A stretch of 64,000 nucleotides of DNA. Source: Bacteroidales bacterium. Lineage in GTDB: Bacteria > Bacteroidota > Bacteroidia > Bacteroidales > JAAYUG01. Below, one piece after another: positions 44,217 through 55,200 of the stretch. Every line of letters begins with the position of its first letter. The first letter of the stretch is position 1. Below the pieces are notes generated by a model. The model saw nothing but the letters and a program-made list of their open reading frames with translations, was not told where the DNA came from and did no database searches. Where the stretch lies: NCBI GenBank assembly GCA_012517825.1, contig JAAYUG010000115.1, forward strand, positions 827 through 64,826, given 5' to 3'. The translations under genes and the position numbers were made by a program.

Positions 44217-45380
44217 ATGGATACCAGAACGCTGCTGCAGAATTTCCAATCAGTTTATCCCGACAACCATCATGAGGTGCGCATATATTTCAGTCCGGGG
44301 AGAGTCAATCTCATCGGAGAGCATACAGACTATAACGGGGGGTATGTTTTCCCGTGCGCATTAAGTTTTGGCACGTATCTGGTAATGGCACCGAACGATA
44401 CCAACAAAGTGCAGTTTGCCACCGGCAATTTTGATGTCCGGCACGAGCAAAACGTCAATGCCCTCAACAAAAAAATTGATCAATTATGGATTAACTATCC
44501 CATGGGTGTGATGTATGAATTTATTACGCGGGGTTATGCTATTCCGGGAATTGACCTGTTTTTTTACGGCAATGTTCCCAATGGTGCCGGATTGTCCTCT
44601 TCCGCCTCTATCGAAGTTGTTACTGCCACTGCCTTGAATGACTTCCTTCATGCAAAGATTGGTGGTGTTGATATAGCCTTGTTATGCCAGCACGCTGAAA
44701 ATCATTTTGTTGGGGTTAACTGCGGAATCATGGATCAGTTTGCCTCGGCCATGGGTAAAAAGGACCATGCTATTTATCTGGATTGCAATACGCTGGATTA
44801 CCAGCTGGTACCGCTGGTTCTGAAAGGGTACAAATTGGTGATTGCCAACACCAATAAGCGTCGCGGGCTGGCTGATTCGAAGTACAACGAACGGCGCAGG
44901 GAATGCGACCAGGCAGTGGCCGAAATCAGCCGTGTTAAACCCATCAAATACCTGTGCGAACTAACGGTGGAAGAATTCAATCAGGTGCAGGGAGCCATAA
45001 GCGACGATACGGTAAGGCGCAGGGCACGACATGCCATTTCAGAAAATGAGCGGACAGGAAAAGCTGTTCAATTGCTCCGCGAAGGGGATCTTGCAGGATT
45101 TGGGCAATTGATGAATGCTTCCCATGATTCACTCCGGTATGATTATGAAGTTACCGGCGTTGAACTCGATACGCTTGTTGAAGAAGCAAGAAAAATTCCC
45201 GGAGTGATCGGTTCAAGAATGACCGGAGCCGGATTCGGAGGATGCACTGTGAGCCTGGTTAAAGAAGAAGCGGTAAATGAATTGATTGAAAAGGTTGGAA
45301 AAGGATACCATGCAGTAACCGGTCTGAAGGCTGATTTTTATGTAGCGGAAGTCGGAGACGGTGCAAGGAGAATTCTCTGA
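44217..45380 (+). CDS. galK: Galactokinase
   Basis: GRVNLIGEHTDYNGGYVFPCA, PNGAGLSSSAS, RRRARHAISEN and MTGAGFGGC are canonical GalK signatures. Confidence 0.95.
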   Translation: MDTRTLLQNFQSVYPDNHHEVRIYFSPGRVNLIGEHTDYNGGYVFPCALSFGTYLVMAPNDTNKVQFATGNFDVRHEQNVNALNKKIDQLWINYPMGVMYEFITRGYAIPGIDLFFYGNVPNGAGLSSSASIEVVTATALNDFLHAKIGGVDIALLCQHAENHFVGVNCGIMDQFASAMGKKDHAIYLDCNTLDYQLVPLVLKGYKLVIANTNKRRGLADSKYNERRRECDQAVAEISRVKPIKYLCELTVEEFNQVQGAISDDTVRRRARHAISENERTGKAVQLLREGDLAGFGQLMNASHDSLRYDYEVTGVELDTLVEEARKIPGVIGSRMTGAGFGGCTVSLVKEEAVNELIEKVGKGYHAVTGLKADFYVAEVGDGARRIL

Positions 45381-45390
45381 AGGCCTTCTT

Positions 45391-47250
45391 TCAGGGTATT
45401 ACAAAGCGTGCTGCATAACGAATTTTATTTTCCGTAATCATCAGAACATATACACCGGGTGTCCACTGACTGACATCCAGTTCCAGATGGGATTCGCTGC
45501 TGTCAAATTTCCGGACTATCTGACCCGACAGATTGATTACACTAATTGTACGCCTGGCGTCTTTCAAATAAAAATCCAATGTTACCTTGCCGGCGGCCGG
45601 ATTTGGGTATAAAAGCAGATACTTGCCCGAAGTATCCATTGGAACTACGGTAATTCTGGCCAGCACATCAGATTCTGTATCGGCAGCGATGCCGGTTATA
45701 CGATGGGGAAAATTCATTGCCAGACTCTGTTCTGCCTGATCGATCCTTATCATGATGGTTGAATCACCCCCGGGATAGTAGATTGTGAGAGGAAGCGAAA
45801 AGCGAAAGACAGGAGTCTTTGGTGATGATCCCTGCTGTTGCAAATTCAGCAGTAAATGGTTGCCGATTTGCTGCCATTCAACCTGAACAACCGGATAACC
45901 AAATCCATAATACCACTGATCAAAGAATCCCTGCCAGTCCCTGCCGGTTACCTGCTGAAAGGCATTCATGAAATCGCTTACCGAAGCAACGGAATATTTA
46001 TTCTGCTGCAAATAATACCTCAATGCTTCAAAGAAAAGTGAATCATTGCCTGTCTCTTTCCGGAGCATATGCAAAACGGCTGCCCCTTTTTTGTAACTGA
46101 GATTGTAATTAAAGATGCGGTATACATTGGTCGCTTCTTCCGGCGGGACGTACAGGCTACCTTCGGGCATGGCAAAGGCAAAAGAATGTGCCTGGCTCAT
46201 CCATGCGTTAGCTGATTCTTTTCCTTCAAAATGATCCAGGGCGAGGTATTCACCGTAGGAAGCAAAGCCCTCGTTGAGCCAGATATCGGACCAGGAAGCA
46301 CAGGTCACCATATCGCCAAACCACATATGGAAAAGCTCATGGGAAACAAGAAGAAATCCGAAATTGCTGAGGGTGGTCATAGTCTGATGTTCCATACCTC
46401 CACCCATCGGGGCCAGGCAGTGTCCGTATTTTTCTTCCGGGAAAGGAAAGCCCTTCATCAGAGCAGAAAAATATTCGATAAAATCTTTTGTTCTGTCGAT
46501 CTCTGTTTTGAAATTTTCAAGAATGGAAGGAACATTATAAATGAAATTCACAACCGGCAGTGAATCAGCCATCCCATAGGGCCGGGCAAATATTGTGTAA
46601 TTCTGATAGTTTGCCACCGCTATGGAAATCAGATAATAAGCAATCGGGTAACGGGATTTCCAGTGAAAGCGCAGTCTTTTATCGGGCAGGGTATCGACAC
46701 CGGCAAGGGTACCGTTGGAACCGGCCATGCACCAGGGAGGAACGGTTACCACGACATCTGACGAATCAATTTTGTCAGAAAGAACCTGCTTTGCAGGAAA
46801 CCAGTCACTTGCAGCAAAAGGTTCCGATAGCGTCCAGGTAACAGGAACATTCCATTGCGTATCTTTCCTGTTGGTTATGCCGGAGAAAAAACCGCTTCCT
46901 CCAGCATTTCCGGAATAATGAATTTCAGATTCAGCCAGGGTATTGGCAGGAAAAGGGCCGGAAACGAACAGAAGGTTGTTCTGATGAGACCAGGCAACCG
47001 GAACATGATCTACCAGAACAGAATCGACATGGTATTTTTCCGAAAGCTCAAAGCAGATCCTCTGAACATCCTGGCTGACAATAAAACGGCAGATTGCCTT
47101 GCCTTTGATGAAGGCTGAAGTATCGGAAGCTTCCAGTTCAAGGCGAAGGTATTTGACATCATAACCGGAAGAGTCGGATGCCGGCTCGGCATGAGCTCTG
47201 AATGTAAACAGGAAAGGAGCAAGAATGCATACAAGAAGCCGTACGTCCAT
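45391..47250 (-). CDS. M1-family zinc metallopeptidase with a T9SS C-terminal sorting domain
   Basis: Signal peptide, GGMEHQT (GxMEN-like), HELFHMWFGD...WLNEGFA (HExxH-E), and a C-terminal LYPNPAAGKVTL...GVYVLMI... tail typical of the Por/T9SS CTD. Confidence 0.85.
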   Translation of the reverse strand: MDVRLLVCILAPFLFTFRAHAEPASDSSGYDVKYLRLELEASDTSAFIKGKAICRFIVSQDVQRICFELSEKYHVDSVLVDHVPVAWSHQNNLLFVSGPFPANTLAESEIHYSGNAGGSGFFSGITNRKDTQWNVPVTWTLSEPFAASDWFPAKQVLSDKIDSSDVVVTVPPWCMAGSNGTLAGVDTLPDKRLRFHWKSRYPIAYYLISIAVANYQNYTIFARPYGMADSLPVVNFIYNVPSILENFKTEIDRTKDFIEYFSALMKGFPFPEEKYGHCLAPMGGGMEHQTMTTLSNFGFLLVSHELFHMWFGDMVTCASWSDIWLNEGFASYGEYLALDHFEGKESANAWMSQAHSFAFAMPEGSLYVPPEEATNVYRIFNYNLSYKKGAAVLHMLRKETGNDSLFFEALRYYLQQNKYSVASVSDFMNAFQQVTGRDWQGFFDQWYYGFGYPVVQVEWQQIGNHLLLNLQQQGSSPKTPVFRFSLPLTIYYPGGDSTIMIRIDQAEQSLAMNFPHRITGIAADTESDVLARITVVPMDTSGKYLLLYPNPAAGKVTLDFYLKDARRTISVINLSGQIVRKFDSSESHLELDVSQWTPGVYVLMITENKIRYAARFVIP

Positions 47251-47253
47251 ATC

Positions 47254-50049
47254 CTATGGGTTTCTGGTTGTTCCTGCCGGCAACGGCAAGGCATCCTTAA
47301 CGCATCTGAATCCGACGGTGGCTGAACGGTCAAAACCCGGAGCCACCCTGATGAGGATCTGTCGCTTGTTCACCGGCTGCGGACCACCCTTAATATACCA
47401 TTCGCTTGCATCGGGCCGGAAATAAGAACCGCCCCTGATGACAGAAAAAAGATAGGATCCGTTATCATATTCATCCTCTGTCATCTGCCATACATTGCCC
47501 ACCAGATCCTCGACCTTGAAAGGAGATTTACCTTTCGGGAAAGCGTCAACCGGTGTAGTTACGCCAAAGGCGCTGTTGCATTTGGTGGCGTGAAATTCAT
47601 TCCCCCATGGCCAGGCTCTTCCGTCGGTTCCCTGGGCAGCATACTGCCATTCATGTTCGGTCGGCAGACGTTTTCCTGCCCATCTGGCATAGGCCCTGGC
47701 ATCCTCCATACTAACCCATACAACAGGATGATTTTCCATCCCTCTTGGATACATTCCGTTTGTCCAGTGCCGGAGGTAGCCGGTTGTGTCGGCAGGACGG
47801 TAGCCTGTTTCCTGAATGAACTGGTAAAACTGCTTATTGGTTACAGGGTACCGATCCATGAAAAAGCGGTTCATATCGATCCATACGCTATCAGGTTCCG
47901 GCGGATACGGAATGAATGACTCGTCATGCCATGCTGTATAAAGAAATTTTCCGGCAGGTATCTCAACCATGTCGTTCGGACAGGCAGAAACAGGCTCAGT
48001 TGGTGAAAGCCGGTTAATTTTCCGAATCCATCCCTGAGGAAATTCATACACCATTTCATCAATAAGTTCCTTGTTGTTGAAAAGCTGGAAAATTAACCTT
48101 CCCTGGTAATGCCCGTACTTTTCACAGAAATTGATGTGTAACTGGCCGGCAGGGTATTCATCCGGAGTATTCTGATAGGAAGGCTCATTTTTCCAGATCA
48201 GAAGCCGGTTACCCCGGTCTGCCCTAATGTAAAGAGAATCTCCCGTCCATTCTATTTTTATGGTACGCGGAAAAGAGGCCACACATTCAATACTTCCTTC
48301 GAGGCGGGTATGAAGATTTTCTTTGGGGAAAGGAAGAACCGGCACCGGCAGGTAAAACTGATCGCCAATACGGACAGGTGTCAGTTCCGTATGACTCCAC
48401 AGGCTGACAAAGTGAGTGCCTTCGGTATTCCTTACCGGAAAAAGTGCGCCAGCGTGTCCTCCGGGGATCAATGAAAAGATGGTGAACAAGGTTTTATCCT
48501 CGTTTTCCCAGCGGTTAATGTAAATGCTGTCTCTCAGGGATGCGATAAGGGGAGTGAAGTTTCCCTGCTGAAAGACCTGGCTGTTTTCGCGCAGTATGCG
48601 GGTAGTTTTTCCCAGAAAAAGAAACTCCTCCCCTATCCATTGCGGACGTCCGGGGGCCATGGTGTTGATTTCGGTTCCGTATCCGTTAAAGAAAGAAATG
48701 GCTATTTCGCGACGGATGTGTCCTTCGCTGAGCTGGCATACCCGAAAGATCGCAAAGTCAGGTCTGATGAGCTTGTTCAGGTTCAGTGGCGGCTGATAAT
48801 AGATGGCATCGTGCACTCTTCCCGCAAGAATTCCCTGCATATCCCTTGGCACAGCCATTCCTTCGCTGTACATAATAACGCCGTCACGCACACTGTCGGC
48901 GGCAGCCTGCAGTTCATGGCTTGAACTTCCCCTGGTGTCCAGCACCACCCCGTCGGCTCCAATTGATTTAATCAGGTACGACATTCCCGCGAGCTGATCA
49001 CCATCGCGGGTGCTTTTATCCCAGGGATTATATGAAATAAAAAAACGGGTGCCATTTTGCCTTGCATAATTTGCCAGTTCCTGCAATTTAGGCAACCCGA
49101 ACGGCAAATCAGCATAAAGATCCCACTGATTTCTCTGGTCCAGTCCGAGCCGCGGCCAGGTAGGCCAGAGAGCATAAATATCATACCCTCCGAAATACTT
49201 CTTGCCTTCTTCGAGAAATCCATAAAACGTATACTTTCTGGTCCGGGAATCATAAAAACGCTGGTCCCAGGCAAACTGAACCGTAGCAACATAGGCTGAA
49301 CGAACCCACTGAAGATCTGCCCGTTTATAAAGAGCCTCATCAAACTGCGCCACATCAAAAAGATAGCGGTCATGAAATGCTTTTTTAAGGCCATTTTGCC
49401 ATTCTCCTTCAAAAGGCTCAATAAACAGGGTGTATTCGACGGAAGAACCCGGCGCCAGGATAGTGGAATACCGGCGCAGGACAGCTTCCTCTCCGGAAGT
49501 TCTTCGGGCAAGACCATAGGCAGAGGTTTTTCCGTTCAGATCAATGGAGGAATATCCTAATTCCCAGACATTGTCAGGAAGGGTAACATCGACCGGTCCG
49601 CATCCCGGACGGAATATTTTGGCCCGGGCCAGAGCCGGAGGTCCGGATGCTGTAAGATACAGCCTGTCAGAAGCCGTTCCGAAAGGTACTACATTGGAAA
49701 TCTGAACTGTGTCTGATGAAATATTTTCTATGATCAGAACAGTTTTGTATACCAACCCTCCGGAAGAATCAGATTTCAGGGTAAATTTCAGACTGTGGTT
49801 GTATTCTATGCCCAGATCAGGAGGCAGATTGCTTTTTACCACTGAAGGATCGATGTTTTTGCCATTGAGCAGGCAGGTAAATAACGGCAGGGGCGTTTTT
49901 AACGTATACCGCACGTTGTCAGAGGTTCTGAATTCAGTTATCCGGAAAGGAAAAACATTATCAAAAACCGGAGTGAGGGCGGGTTGCGCCGGCAATAAAG
50001 CATATTTCAGCCAAACCAACACCAGAAAAAGCAAAATTCTTCTGTGCAT
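47254..50049 (-). CDS. Large secreted protein: uncharacterised ~680-aa N-terminal region plus a C-terminal FGE/SUMF1-like domain
   Basis: The signal peptide is followed by a region with TIM-barrel-like stretches (GADGVVLDTRG). The C-terminus has FMDRYPVTNKQF..., HPVVWVSMEDARAYARWAGKRLPTEHEWQYAA and RGGSYF, the FGE-sulfatase fold signature. Confidence 0.7.
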   Translation of the reverse strand: MHRRILLFLVLVWLKYALLPAQPALTPVFDNVFPFRITEFRTSDNVRYTLKTPLPLFTCLLNGKNIDPSVVKSNLPPDLGIEYNHSLKFTLKSDSSGGLVYKTVLIIENISSDTVQISNVVPFGTASDRLYLTASGPPALARAKIFRPGCGPVDVTLPDNVWELGYSSIDLNGKTSAYGLARRTSGEEAVLRRYSTILAPGSSVEYTLFIEPFEGEWQNGLKKAFHDRYLFDVAQFDEALYKRADLQWVRSAYVATVQFAWDQRFYDSRTRKYTFYGFLEEGKKYFGGYDIYALWPTWPRLGLDQRNQWDLYADLPFGLPKLQELANYARQNGTRFFISYNPWDKSTRDGDQLAGMSYLIKSIGADGVVLDTRGSSSHELQAAADSVRDGVIMYSEGMAVPRDMQGILAGRVHDAIYYQPPLNLNKLIRPDFAIFRVCQLSEGHIRREIAISFFNGYGTEINTMAPGRPQWIGEEFLFLGKTTRILRENSQVFQQGNFTPLIASLRDSIYINRWENEDKTLFTIFSLIPGGHAGALFPVRNTEGTHFVSLWSHTELTPVRIGDQFYLPVPVLPFPKENLHTRLEGSIECVASFPRTIKIEWTGDSLYIRADRGNRLLIWKNEPSYQNTPDEYPAGQLHINFCEKYGHYQGRLIFQLFNNKELIDEMVYEFPQGWIRKINRLSPTEPVSACPNDMVEIPAGKFLYTAWHDESFIPYPPEPDSVWIDMNRFFMDRYPVTNKQFYQFIQETGYRPADTTGYLRHWTNGMYPRGMENHPVVWVSMEDARAYARWAGKRLPTEHEWQYAAQGTDGRAWPWGNEFHATKCNSAFGVTTPVDAFPKGKSPFKVEDLVGNVWQMTEDEYDNGSYLFSVIRGGSYFRPDASEWYIKGGPQPVNKRQILIRVAPGFDRSATVGFRCVKDALPLPAGTTRNP

Positions 50050-50057
50050 AGATTCTG

Positions 50058-51077
50058 TTATTGCACCTGATAAAAACGATAAATTGTTGTCTGCTTATAG
50101 GTATCTCCGGGCTGAAGCACCACAGAAGGAAATTCCGGATGATTGGGAGAATCGGGATAATGCTGGGCCTCAAGGCAAAGTCCCCAGAACTGATTGTACC
50201 GGACATTCTTTTTTCCGACCTGTGATCCGTCAAAGTGATTGGCTGTATATAGCTGAACAGCAGGTTCGGTAGTTTTCATTTCAAGAGCAAGGCCGGTTTC
50301 GGGATTTATCACTACCGCCGAAGGCTTTGACAAGCCAGGTTCATCCAAAATGAAATTGTTGTCATATCCTTTGAAAGGAAAATCCTCCCGCTTCACCTTT
50401 ACCGGTTTTCTAAAGTCAAATTCCGTACCGGTCACGGGCAGAATTCTGCCTGTTGGTATTAGCTCGCTATCGGTTTCGGTAATGGACGAGGCGTTTATCC
50501 ATAAAAGATGGTTGACAACATTTTCTTTAGCTCCGGTAAGGTTAAAATAAGAATGGTTTGTTAAATTAACCACCGTCATCCTGTCGGTTTCTGCCTTATA
50601 ATCGAACACAATCTCATTTCGTTCCGTAACACTCACACGCACAGCCACCTTCAGGTTTCCGGGAAAGCCTTCTTCTCCATCCGGACTAAGGTATGTAAAG
50701 ACGACGGCCTCCTGACCCGGTTCAGGATGTGCTTCCCATATTTTTCTGTTAAATCCTTTATAACCACCGTGCAGGCAATGCTTTCCGCTGTTGGGAGTAA
50801 CTTTGTACTCATGATTTCCCAGCCTGAAAGAGGCATTACTGATCCGATTGGCATACCGGCCGCAAATTACTCCAATGTATGAAGCATCCTGAGCATAGGA
50901 TTCAGGTGTATCAAATCCAAGCACAACATCGGTCAGGTTTCCCTTCTGATCCGGCACCATAACCTTATGAAGGGCTATTCCAAGATTAAGAATCTCAATG
51001 AAAAACCCATCCCTGCCATGCATACGAAACAGGATAACCTGTTGTCCGTCATACGATCCAAACGACATGCTTTCCAT
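50058..51077 (-). CDS. galM: Aldose 1-epimerase (cytoplasmic form)
   Basis: GRYANRISNASF.LG...Y.V..N.GKH.LHGG, TNHSYFNL and EAQHYPDSPN. No signal peptide. Start at the ATG at 51077 (MESMSF); a TTG at 51104 is possible. Confidence 0.9.
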   Translation of the reverse strand: MESMSFGSYDGQQVILFRMHGRDGFFIEILNLGIALHKVMVPDQKGNLTDVVLGFDTPESYAQDASYIGVICGRYANRISNASFRLGNHEYKVTPNSGKHCLHGGYKGFNRKIWEAHPEPGQEAVVFTYLSPDGEEGFPGNLKVAVRVSVTERNEIVFDYKAETDRMTVVNLTNHSYFNLTGAKENVVNHLLWINASSITETDSELIPTGRILPVTGTEFDFRKPVKVKREDFPFKGYDNNFILDEPGLSKPSAVVINPETGLALEMKTTEPAVQLYTANHFDGSQVGKKNVRYNQFWGLCLEAQHYPDSPNHPEFPSVVLQPGDTYKQTTIYRFYQVQ

Positions 51078-51184
51078 GATAGAATCAGTTTTTTTCCGAG
51101 TCAAAGCTATTAAAATGATATATTTAAAAAAACTAAACGGACTGAAATTTTATTTCATACCTTAGCAGAAATTTAATTCCTGCC

Positions 51185-51303
51185 TATGAAACACCCATGT
51201 ATTGCAAACACAAACATCTATGAACAAAATTCAAATCATGGGTGTTCCCCGCTTTGGCGGGGCAGGCTATCCTACCTTTAAAAATCAATTTTGTCCAGAT
51301 GAA
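51185..51303. repeat. Intergenic structured repeat, family B, copy 2
   Basis: It aligns with 7051-7170. Its 3' end contains the ATG (51299) of the downstream lipoprotein gene. Confidence 0.85.
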
Positions 51304-52120
51304 AAAAACGATAAATTTCCTCACTGTTCTGTTATTTACAATTCTTCTCCTGGCAGGGGGTTGTAAAGGCCGGACACCTGCCACAGGAGCTTCTGAAAAC
51401 AGAGATTCCGTGGTTTCAAAAGATGTACTCATAAAGGAAGTATTTGAATATCCTTTACCTACGGCATTTGAGGTAACGAACATGCTCGTAAATGCCAAGG
51501 CACCCTGTATCATTGATTTATGCAATCCGGTTTCCAATGCTGAGAAATATATCAGTCAAACCCGGAAAGCAATCAATCTTGGAGTTTACGGGGCTGATCT
51601 GTGTTATACGGTCGCCTACAATCAGAACCAGGAGACCATGAACTACATGAATGTGACACGAAAGCTGGCTGATGAACTGAACATTGGCACAACCTTCAAT
51701 GCTTCCGTTGCAGAACAGATTGAAGCCAATCTTCAGAACAAGGATACATTGATCCGGATCATTTCCGATGCGTTTTATAAAACGTACAACAGCCTGATGC
51801 AAAACAAACAAGACAAGCTAAGCGCGTTTGTAATGGCCGGTTCCTGGGTAGAAGCCTTTTACATTACTTCCCAGATTTATCTTACAGCCCGCGACAAAGA
51901 TGCAATAGCCTCCATTCTTATAGCCCATGGGAATTCTCTGAATAAGCTGCTGGAAATAATGCAGCCACTTTCAGAGGAAGGTGATGCAGCCTCGTTGTAC
52001 AATGATCTTCTGTCAGTAAAAAAAGAATACGCAAAGCTGGAAAAGGAAAAGAAAGCCAAGCCGGATTACTCAGGTCTGGTGCGCCTTGCAGAAAAAATCA
52101 GAACGCAGATAACCGTATAA
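51299..52120 (+). CDS. Hypothetical lipoprotein (helical)
   Basis: MKKTINFLTVLLFTILLLAGGC is a lipobox. I recognised no family. Confidence 0.6.
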   Translation: MKKTINFLTVLLFTILLLAGGCKGRTPATGASENRDSVVSKDVLIKEVFEYPLPTAFEVTNMLVNAKAPCIIDLCNPVSNAEKYISQTRKAINLGVYGADLCYTVAYNQNQETMNYMNVTRKLADELNIGTTFNASVAEQIEANLQNKDTLIRIISDAFYKTYNSLMQNKQDKLSAFVMAGSWVEAFYITSQIYLTARDKDAIASILIAHGNSLNKLLEIMQPLSEEGDAASLYNDLLSVKKEYAKLEKEKKAKPDYSGLVRLAEKIRTQITV

Positions 52121-52217
52121 TACGGTGATTGCATTTGCTGCTCCGCCTGCTTCAGATGGTAAGATCATACAGCGTTATTATTAATGTTCAGAAGATCTGT
52201 TCCACAGTGTTTAAGAG

Positions 52218-55200
52218 ATGCGTGAGCCTGTTCTTGTAGCTTTGATGCATTTGTTCGCTCTGGCTGAAAGTTTGCATTTAAAGGCGTTTTCAGCCAAAGG
52301 AAGAGCTATTGCTGCATCGTTTGTAAAAAACATTGCCCGTTCGGGAGAATTTATTAAGCTTTACGACGACTATCTTGATTTTTACAAACGTGAGCTGAAA
52401 GAAAACGAATCGCCCGGCATCCGCGAACTTATGGTCAAACGCCTGGGGAAAAAGCTATGCAGGGAACTGATTCTGCAGGAAAGGCTGGTTGTTCTTATCC
52501 GTCTTACTGAATCATTTTTGCAGCACGAAAAGCTTTCAAAAACCGAACTTGCTTTTCTTGAGAGTATTGCAACTGAATTTCACATCAGCGTTGAAGACAG
52601 AAACGCATTATTTGATTTTGCGCAAGGTTTAACCGCTGAATGGAAAGACACATCCTCCCTGCTGGTGATTGAAAAACCGGGAGCAGAATCATCCGATGAA
52701 CTGGAAGGTGCATGGATTGAGCAGAACAAACCCCTCACCGGCACTACAGAACGGGTTATTGCCAGGGCAGGGCTAAATGGGAAAATTGAGATCCTTCATC
52801 TTTCAGATGCCAGAGCAATTCTGTTTAAATATATCGGAACCTCTGAATTGTTCATCAACCAGCAAAAAGTAGAATCCGGTTTGTTGTATCTGTTGACGGA
52901 TGGTTCCATCATCAGAGGGAACAATATTTCTCCGGTTTATTTCAGTGAAATCATCAGCCGGTTTTATCAGACCGACAAACCAAAAATTGTTTTGCAAGGG
53001 AAGAATGTTTCCTATTCGTTCGGGCCAAACGGGAAAGGCATTGCTCCCTTTTCATTCTATGAAGAATCAGGGCATCTGGTAGGAATTATTGGCGGAAGCG
53101 GCGTTGGTAAATCCACTCTGTTGCGTCTCCTCAGCGGGCAATTGCCATTGAAAAGCGGTACCATCACCATAAACGGGTATGACCTCCACCGTGACAAATT
53201 CAGGTTACAGGGAATGATAGGCTATGTTCCGCAGGATGACCTTTTGTTTGAGGAACTGACCGTATATCAGAATCTGTTCTACAATGCCTGCCTTTGTTTT
53301 GGAAGCATGAGCAAGGGGGAAATAACTGCGATTACCCGCAAAATGCTCCGCGAACTGGATCTTGAAGAAATTAAAGACCTGAAAGTTGGTTCTCCGCTGA
53401 ACAACATTATAAGCGGAGGTCAGCGGAAACGGTTGAACATAGGACTGGAACTGATGCGAGAACCTTCCATTCTGCTGGTGGATGAACCTACTTCAGGTTT
53501 ATCATCAACTGATGCGGAAAAGGTGATGCTCCTGCTTCGGGAACTAGCCAACAAGGGAAAACTTGTCATTGTCAATATACACCAGCCATCGTCAAATATT
53601 TTCAGGCTATTTGACAACATCTGGGTACTTGATCAGGGTGGATTTCCTGTATACTCCGGGAATCCGATCGAAGCGGTGCATTACTTTAAAAGCATAGCTT
53701 TTCATGCCAATGCGCTTGAAAACGAGTGCCCGGTCTGCGGAAATATTGACACAGACCAGATCCTGCGGATTCTTGAAGCCCGGGAAATTGATGAACAGGG
53801 AAGACTTCTGGGTAAGCGGCGAAGACAACCTGAAGAATGGTACCGGTTGTACAAGGAAAATATTCCGCAGAACCATGATCTGAAAGCAGAAAAATCCCTT
53901 CTGCCCCGCCATGCATCAGGTATTCCTGATGAGACCCGGCAACTTGTTGTATTCAGCAAACGAAATTTTCTCAGTAAGATCGGAAATATTCAGTATCTGA
54001 TTGTTGCCTTTCTTGAAGCACCTCTGCTGGCATTGATACTGGCCTGGTTTACACGTTACGAAACCGATGCCGGTTATTTTTTCAGTGAAAACAAGAATGT
54101 TCCGCAATATTTATTTATGGCCGTGGTTGTTGCGCTGTTCATAGGTCTCACCATCAGTGCCGAAGAAATAATCAAGGATCGCAGGATTCTCCTCAGAGAG
54201 AGCTATCTGAATCTAAGCTGGTTCAGTTATATCAATTCCAAGGTTTTTTACCTTTTTGGACTGTCAGCCATTCAGACTATGCTGTTTGTCCTGGTCGGAA
54301 ATATTGTGCTTGGTAATCCTGAAATGATTCCGGCTTACTGGATTGTGTTGTTCTCAACCGCCTGTTTTGCCAACCTTCTGGGCCTAAACCTCTCATCGGG
54401 ACTTAAATCGGTAATAGCCGTCTATATCTCCATACCCTTACTCCTGGTACCTCAGCTTTTGTTCAGCGGGGTTATCGTATCATTCGATGACCTGCATAAA
54501 AGCCTGACGCGCAGAACTGTTGTCCCCGTTATAGGTGAAATCATGGCTTCTCGATGGGCCTATGAAGCACTTGCCGTCGAACAGTTCAGCCACAATTCGT
54601 TTCAGAAGCACTTTTTCAAAGCAGAACAAGAAATAAGTGATGCCGGATTCAAAGTCAATTTTCTCATTCCCCGCCTGGAAAATGTAGCTCAGGCAACGAT
54701 AAGAAAACTCAATGATTCTGCGGCATTCCATGAACGGCAAAACAACCTGAAGCTTCTGTACAATGAAATAAAAAAATTCCCTGAAAATAACGGGCTTTAT
54801 CCTTTCGAATATATTGACAGCCTCAAAATACAGTCTTTTAACGAAACCATCGGAGAGGAATTACTTGACTACCTGACGTATGTGCGGTTGCAGTTTCTGG
54901 GAAGACTGGAAGAAGGCAACCGGCAGAAGGACTCCATTTACAATTCCTTACTTACCCGGTTGGGAGAAGATGGTGTTTATCGCCTGAAATCCAGGTCGCA
55001 TAACAGCAGGCTTGCCGACATTGTGCAGAATAAAAATGAACTTGTCAAATTTATTGAAGTTAATAACCATATAATTCCCAAAAAGGACCCGATTTACGTA
55101 TTGCCTGAATCGGATTACGGAAGGGCCCATTTTTATGCGGCATACAAAAGGCTGAACGGACAGTATATTGACACCCTGTGGTTCAATCTTGTGGTATTAT

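Noticed and set aside
51184-51537. 117-aa minus-strand ORF spanning repeat B copy 2 and the start of the lipoprotein gene
   Set aside because: It overlaps a non-coding repeat and the better-supported plus-strand lipoprotein gene (signal peptide + lipobox).
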